A DNA stretch of 64,000 nucleotides from Minisyncoccia bacterium (lineage in GTDB: Bacteria; Patescibacteriota; Minisyncoccia; 2-02-FULL-40-12; IGHO2-01-FULL-4-A), in NCBI GenBank assembly GCA_041499075.1, contig JBGQJN010000001.1, positions 10,388 to 74,387 of the forward strand, written 5' to 3'. Positions 58,727 through 64,000 of this stretch are shown here, in pieces (position 1 is the stretch's first letter; each line of letters begins with the position of its first letter). The notes beneath the pieces were generated by a model. It searched no databases. It saw only the letters and a list, made by a program, of their open reading frames with translations, and was not told the DNA's origin. The translations under genes and the position numbers were made by a program.

Positions 58727-59413
58727 CTACTGATGCGTTATGAAGGCAAAATCCATTTTTTCTACAAAATAATTGCGAAAGTTTTTAGGCAAGGAGTTTA
58801 GTACGTCAGGTACTGTCCACGGCCGTTTTGCTATATGGTCACGAATTACTTTGGGATCAGAATACAGCTCCCCCAAATCTACCAGAATGATGTTGCCGTC
58901 GGCGCTTGTAGCAAAGTTATCCGTAATAAGAAAATTCCTATCAATGAGCGAATGTCCGATCAGGGTTTTATTAAATTCAACAAAAGCGTCAATAATTTTT
59001 TTAGCTTCTTCTAACGTCGCGGACTTCAAGCATCTACGCAATGGAGTGACTTTATCCTGTTCGTAATCAAGTTCATTGAGAACCCTAGGGTTACCGAGTA
59101 CCCGACCCTCTAGCGTGGTATGCAGGATTTTTTGTATTGATCCGGCAGCTTCTTGCCGGCATCTTTTATAGTATTTATGAAATTTCCAAAAAGGATGCCT
59201 GACGTAAGGAAAACTGTCATGTAACATCATGAGATAAGCAGTAAAACGAGTGTTGAATTTCTTTAACACTCTAGCGTTACCTATGTCATAAGTTGTATAC
59301 TGCCACCCCCTGCCAATTACTTTCATATCTTTATTGTGCCAACATCTGTTTAATTGTTTGATAGACGGGTTTTTGACTGCCGTCATAACGAAGAATGCCG
59401 AAGAAATTTTCAT
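58727..59413 (-). CDS. Hypothetical protein with protein-kinase-like features (Gly-rich loop IGRGWQYTTYDIGNARVLKKF; DLG motif)
   Basis: Motif-level resemblance only; the true start may be the internal MKVIGRGW (~59329). Confidence 0.35.
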   Translation of the reverse strand: MKISSAFFVMTAVKNPSIKQLNRCWHNKDMKVIGRGWQYTTYDIGNARVLKKFNTRFTAYLMMLHDSFPYVRHPFWKFHKYYKRCRQEAAGSIQKILHTTLEGRVLGNPRVLNELDYEQDKVTPLRRCLKSATLEEAKKIIDAFVEFNKTLIGHSLIDRNFLITDNFATSADGNIILVDLGELYSDPKVIRDHIAKRPWTVPDVLNSLPKNFRNYFVEKMDFAFITHQ

Positions 59414-60467
59414 TTGTACTGTTGCTGGTACCTAAGTCTTTGTAACTGTAGAAGAACAACGGGCCAGCCCAGGAATAGCTGCGAACCAAGTTGATACCGT
59501 CCTGGTAAATAGTAGACTGCAGGCCCTCTGAAACATGATCGGGGTTTTTGCTCAAGTTACTATTGGTAAGCGAGGCTTCCGCGCCCGGTCCGTCTGTCGG
59601 AGCACCGAATTCTGTCATCCAGATTTGCTTACTTGCATCACTGTTTGTGATCATTATACTGCGTAAACTCGGATTAGTCACCGATATCTGCGACCAAGCA
59701 TTTGAGTTAGCCGGTCTTGAGGGAAATGAGTATGGGTGGACCCCAATAGCGTCAAAATAATTTTTGGCGTTATTTTCATATAATTGGGAAATAAAATCTA
59801 CCGGCAGGATATCGCCCCTGGCAGTATTAGCCGGACCGACGCCACCTGTTACCACAAAGGCAGTAGGGTCCTCGCTTTTTATCGCGTTATGGACAGCTTT
59901 AAGAAGATCGGTGTAGTCGGCGGCATCAGGGGAGGGCTCCCAAAATGTTTTCAAATTAGGTTCGTTCCATATTTCCCAATTATGTATGCCTTGTGAAGCA
60001 TAGCGCTGAACGGCGGCGGCGGCAAATGTAGCGAAGGCGGAGTTATCCGCCGGCCGACATTGGGCTGAAAAACAGCCATCTTGACGTGCCCAAGGCGGCG
60101 TATAGTCAAGTATCGGGAGTAACTTAATGTGGCGAATATTGGCAGCCGTCACAAGACGATCAATGGCATTCCAATTAAAACTATCGGCATCATTTGGCTG
60201 AACACTACTCCAATCAATGTCAAAGCGCAGCCAACCGATATTTAGCGACACCAGGTCATCTAACTCCGCGTTTACATCACCCTTACCCCGTGAAAGAATT
60301 GTACCGGTTGATACGCCGAATCTATATGCAACTGGATTTTTTACAACAGTGGTGCCAGGAATTGAAATAATAAAACTACCCGACAAAAAATACCAAATTA
60401 AAAACATCCCGCCTAAAAAAATAACCAGCGATCCTAAAAATAACTTGAAGTGTCCCTTTTTTCTCAT
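59331..60467 (-). CDS. Secreted GH5-like (clan GH-A) glycoside hydrolase, 378 aa
   Basis: N-terminal TM/signal, IWNEPN acid/base motif and MTEFG nucleophile motif. Confidence 0.65.
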   Translation of the reverse strand: MRKKGHFKLFLGSLVIFLGGMFLIWYFLSGSFIISIPGTTVVKNPVAYRFGVSTGTILSRGKGDVNAELDDLVSLNIGWLRFDIDWSSVQPNDADSFNWNAIDRLVTAANIRHIKLLPILDYTPPWARQDGCFSAQCRPADNSAFATFAAAAVQRYASQGIHNWEIWNEPNLKTFWEPSPDAADYTDLLKAVHNAIKSEDPTAFVVTGGVGPANTARGDILPVDFISQLYENNAKNYFDAIGVHPYSFPSRPANSNAWSQISVTNPSLRSIMITNSDASKQIWMTEFGAPTDGPGAEASLTNSNLSKNPDHVSEGLQSTIYQDGINLVRSYSWAGPLFFYSYKDLGTSNSTNENFFGILRYDGSQKPVYQTIKQMLAQ

Positions 60468-60483
60468 AAATTAATCAGTCCGT

Positions 60484-60768
60484 CTATTCCCTGACGAGAT
60501 TCCAAACAAAGAAGGAGACAAAAGACATCAAAAAACATATGGCACCGAATGTGTCCTCGCGGGGAAATGGCAAGAGGTGCGTCAACGGTAGTTCAAGTGT
60601 TTCCGGATGAGTGGAGGCATTAACTGCAATATAGATCCAACCCAGCAATCCAAAAACAAACAAGGTTAATGAAAGTGAACGAATTATTTTTATATTATCT
60701 ATCCTCATATCTTTATTGTACCAGCATCTGCTTAATTGTCTGATAGGCAGGTTTTTGACTGCCGTCAT
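60484..60768 (-). pseudogene. Remnant of the kinase-like gene produced by tandem duplication (shares MTAVKN..QL.RCW.NKDM N-terminus with 58727..59413, then unrelated hydrophobic tail)
   Basis: 59330-59390 and 60710-60770 are about 85% identical. Confidence 0.4.
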
Positions 60769-62782
60769 ATCTTAATACGCCAAAGAAGTTCTCATTGGTG
60801 CTTGAACTGGTACCCAAGTCTTTGTAACTGTAGAAGAATATCGGGCCAGCCCAGGAATAGGTGCGAACCAGGTTAATGGCGTCGCCTATGATTAAGCTTT
60901 GAAGTTCTTCCGTGACATGGTCAGGGCTTGCATCTAGGTTATAATTGGTTGCCGTGGCCAATGCTCCCGGTCCGCCTGTCGGAGCGCCGAATTCTGTCAT
61001 CCAGATTTGCTTGGCTGAATCGCCGTTTGTGATCATTATACTGCGTAAACTCATCGATGTAAGCGACATCTGTGACCAGGCATTCCATGATGCCGAATAT
61101 GATGGCTTAACGGGGTATGAATATGGATGAAACCCAACCTGGTCAAAATATGGCCTAGCCCCGTTCTGATACATCTGGTTGAGATAATTTACCGGTGCAA
61201 TATTGCCGCCGCCTGTGGCAGAAGGTGCCATGCCACCGGATATGACAACTGCCGAAGAGTCTTTATTTTTTATGGCCGGGTAGACTGCTTTAAGTAAGTT
61301 TGTATACTCAAGTGAATCAGCTCCCGAGCTCCAGAATGATGTTGAATTCGGTTCGTTCCATATCTCCCAGTTATGTATGCCCTGCGGAGCATAGCGCTGA
61401 ACGGCAGCGGCAGCAAATGCGGCAAAAGCGGAGTCATCTGCCGGCGGACACCATAAAAAAGAGGAGCAGCTGACAGACCTGGCCCAAGCCGGTGTATCGT
61501 CTAATACGGGAAGTAACTTTATATTGTGGGTGTTAGCCGCTGCGACCAAACTATCTATCACACTCCAATGAAAAGTCGATGCACCGCTAGATTGGATGCT
61601 GTTCCAACTAATATCAAAACGGAGCCACGTAATTCCCAGAGAAGCCATATCACTAAGCCGAGCATTCAATTCGGTACTGGATAGGGAAAGAAATGTTTCA
61701 CCTACCGACATGCCAAAATTATTAGAAATAATAGTTGTCGGGGTTGGAGTCAGCGTTGGTGTTGTCGTAGGCGTTGGAGCCGGAGATGCAGAGACAATAG
61801 TCGAGGGAGTTGGTGTCGGAGTTTTTGTTGGTATGGGTGTTGGGATTACAGTCGGTGTTGAGATAGAGGTTGAACTTGGGGTAGGGATTGGAGTCAAACT
61901 AGGAGTTGGGGCAGGTGTGGAAGTATAGCTTGGGGTTGTCGAAGGCATTGGAGCCGAAGATCCCGATACGGCAGGCGAGGAAGTTGGAGTAGGAGTTGGT
62001 GTTGAATTCGGAACTGGGGTGAGGGTTGGTGTCAGCATTAGGGTAGCTGAAGGTCCTGGGCTTGGGGTTGTCGAAGGAGTTGGGGTCAATTTAGCAGTTG
62101 ATATCGGGGCGGCGTTTACTATTAATCGCGTAGTGCTTAGTTTGTAGCCAACATTACCCTTGTTATCATGAGTTTCAAGACTGTACCACCAAGTACCTTT
62201 AGCCGGAGTATCCTGTAAAACAGAGGCCCAAGAATCCAGATTCGCCGGAACATTAGTAGTCGCCACAGCCGACCAAATACAATCTGATTTCTTACTTGTA
62301 TTACATTTTGATACCGAATATGGAGCATGATTGAGACCCACATAACTTAAATGCGAACCGCCGGAATCGGTGACTGTAAATGATGCTGTCATGGAATCGC
62401 CGGCATTTATACTGCGTGGCTGTATATCAAACAAATTAACCACGGGGACGGTCCCGTCATCGGCCGGTAAAGGAATCGGTGTAGGGCTGGTAGTACCGGC
62501 ATTCTTAGGGATAGAAGCGAGCTGGCTGTCTGCCCCGATATCGATTATAGTCTCATTTATGTTTCCCAGTTTAAAAATTGTGGTTACCGGCGGGAAAAAG
62601 AAAATAACCAAAAACGCTTCGACAACAAAGAGTATCGACAGACCAATAATAAGTTTGAATTTTGATGTTTTGTAGATAATGTTTTTATAATACCGGATTT
62701 TTTTCCTTTTGATATTATGCCAAAAAAATGTATACTTTATTCTTGGCATCACATCATACCATAAATGACGTATTCTCCACAA
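60713..62782 (-). CDS. Secreted GH5-like glycoside hydrolase paralog with N-terminal Ig/FN3-like domain and Pro/Thr-rich linker (689 aa)
   Basis: C-terminal 330 aa is paralogous to 59331..60467 (IWNEPN, MTEFG); the PT-rich segment is TPTPTPTSSPAVSGSSAPMPSTTPSYTSTPAPTPSLTPIPTPSS... Confidence 0.65.
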   Translation of the reverse strand: MWRIRHLWYDVMPRIKYTFFWHNIKRKKIRYYKNIIYKTSKFKLIIGLSILFVVEAFLVIFFFPPVTTIFKLGNINETIIDIGADSQLASIPKNAGTTSPTPIPLPADDGTVPVVNLFDIQPRSINAGDSMTASFTVTDSGGSHLSYVGLNHAPYSVSKCNTSKKSDCIWSAVATTNVPANLDSWASVLQDTPAKGTWWYSLETHDNKGNVGYKLSTTRLIVNAAPISTAKLTPTPSTTPSPGPSATLMLTPTLTPVPNSTPTPTPTSSPAVSGSSAPMPSTTPSYTSTPAPTPSLTPIPTPSSTSISTPTVIPTPIPTKTPTPTPSTIVSASPAPTPTTTPTLTPTPTTIISNNFGMSVGETFLSLSSTELNARLSDMASLGITWLRFDISWNSIQSSGASTFHWSVIDSLVAAANTHNIKLLPVLDDTPAWARSVSCSSFLWCPPADDSAFAAFAAAAVQRYAPQGIHNWEIWNEPNSTSFWSSGADSLEYTNLLKAVYPAIKNKDSSAVVISGGMAPSATGGGNIAPVNYLNQMYQNGARPYFDQVGFHPYSYPVKPSYSASWNAWSQMSLTSMSLRSIMITNGDSAKQIWMTEFGAPTGGPGALATATNYNLDASPDHVTEELQSLIIGDAINLVRTYSWAGPIFFYSYKDLGTSSSTNENFFGVLRYDGSQKPAYQTIKQMLVQ

Positions 62783-64000
62783 AAAAAAATCCGAGATTGG
62801 CTTAAAAGTTTACACAGCGACAGTTTATTCCGTAATTCTTTCTACTTAATGCTAAACACTGGAATACAGGCCATACTTGGCTTTTTTTTCTGGCTGATTT
62901 CCGCTCATCTCTTCACGCCGGCAGAGATCGGAGTGGCGGCTTCTTTTATTTCCGCCATGACGCTTATTTCCTACCTTAGTCTTCTGGGCTTCAATACCAC
63001 GTTCGTTCGCATTCTACCGACTTCCACAAACAGAGACAACGAGATTAACACCGGCCTGTTATTATCCATAAGTGCAGCGCTTATTATAGGAACTGCGTAT
63101 GTTTTACTGGCTCCCCACATCGCGCCCAGCCTTGATATTATTCGTGAAAATATTTTTTATGCTATGGGCTTTATCATACTGGTTGCCTTGGCCACGATAA
63201 ATTTATTGACCGATAGCATTTTTATCGCTCTACGCGCGGCAAAGTATAATCTTTTGATAGACGGCTGGATAATGGGCACCATCAAAATGCTTTTGCCGTT
63301 TGCGTTTGTAGACCTCGGTGCTTACGGTGTGTTTGCCGCATCCAGTTCCGCTGCGGCTATAGCAATGTTCTTAAGTATAGTATTTCTTGTTACAAAATTT
63401 GGTTATAAACCCAGGCTGAATATTAACATGCAAACGCTTCGCAATATGTTTCATTACGCATCCTCTAATTATTTTGCAAATCTTTTAAATATTGCTCCAG
63501 TAATGATTTTGCCGCTAATCGTGATTAACCGTCTTGGTTCCACAGAGGCCGGCTATTATTATTTGGCATTTACGGTAGCCAATTTGCTGTATGCAGTGGT
63601 ATATTCGGTATCGTCATCACTTTTTGCAGAGGGTTCTTATGGCGAGGTTAAGTTAAAAAAATTATTTATACGTTCGTCGTTAATTATTACCGCCATCATC
63701 ATCCCTGTCGGATTGATACTTGCATTCTTTGGTCCATTAATATTACAGTTGTTTGGAAAATCCTATAGCGATGCGGCTTCTCGTGTAATCATCCTCCTAG
63801 CGCTAGCATCGCCGGCCGTTGCCGCCTACACGCTAGGTAATGTGCTATTACGAATCATGCATCGTATATACTCTATAGTTATAGTTAATTTAGTGTATAT
63901 GGTTACTATCAGCGGGCTAGCAATACTTTGGGTTAACCGCGGACTTCCCTGGATAGCGATAGCTTGGATGATAGGAAACGTAGCGGCTGCCGCTACCGGA
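62765..64000 (+). CDS. Polysaccharide biosynthesis protein / Wzx-like flippase (MOP superfamily), C-terminus beyond window
   Basis: Open frame from ATG 62765 to the window end; 12 or more hydrophobic helices. It is not in the ORF track because no stop falls within the window. Confidence 0.55.
   Translation, partial: MTYSPQKKIRDWLKSLHSDSLFRNSFYLMLNTGIQAILGFFFWLISAHLFTPAEIGVAASFISAMTLISYLSLLGFNTTFVRILPTSTNRDNEINTGLLLSISAALIIGTAYVLLAPHIAPSLDIIRENIFYAMGFIILVALATINLLTDSIFIALRAAKYNLLIDGWIMGTIKMLLPFAFVDLGAYGVFAASSSAAAIAMFLSIVFLVTKFGYKPRLNINMQTLRNMFHYASSNYFANLLNIAPVMILPLIVINRLGSTEAGYYYLAFTVANLLYAVVYSVSSSLFAEGSYGEVKLKKLFIRSSLIITAIIIPVGLILAFFGPLILQLFGKSYSDAASRVIILLALASPAVAAYTLGNVLLRIMHRIYSIVIVNLVYMVTISGLAILWVNRGLPWIAIAWMIGNVAAAATG

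Overview
This window looks like a streamlined Candidate Phyla Radiation (Patescibacteria-type) chromosome segment, judging by gene order and content. There is no rpmD between rpsE and rplO, L22 and L24 carry extensions, and S14 is the Z type. Housekeeping content comprises a long S10/spc/secY-adk-map ribosomal-protein operon with tuf on the minus strand, rpsF-ssb-rpsR, recA, ftsK, rpoB-rpoC, tsf-rpsB, hpf, gyrA, rpmE-prfA, glycolysis genes (pgk, tpiA), and an RNase P RNA. Accessory content stands out in six places. (1) A complete diversity-generating retroelement sits between pgk and tpiA. It has a reverse transcriptase, a divergently oriented Avd, and a template repeat/variable repeat (TR/VR) pair with 25 adenine-specific substitutions at the 3' end of a GC-rich 202-aa target gene. 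(2) The 3' region of ssb-rpsR is an integration hotspot. It holds a diverged duplicate of the ssb 3' half plus rpsR, a third rpsR 3'-end remnant, and a 1.8-kb island with two hypothetical genes. (3) Three families of structured intergenic repeats sit immediately 3' of stop codons. Two copies lie inside the ribosomal-protein operon, and both of those are paired with antisense small membrane-protein ORFs. (4) A cluster of four surface proteins shares a VirB2/TrbC-like two-helix pilin module fused to Cys-rich, GH5-like, Ig-like and lytic-transglycosylase domains through Gly-Thr linkers encoded by hexanucleotide repeats. (5) The GH5-like hydrolase genes are tandemly duplicated next to a Wzx-like flippase. 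(6) A perfect 42-bp palindrome lies downstream of recA. No CRISPR array, tRNA or rRNA was recognised. All calls come from reading the sequence and the supplied ORF track; no searches were run.
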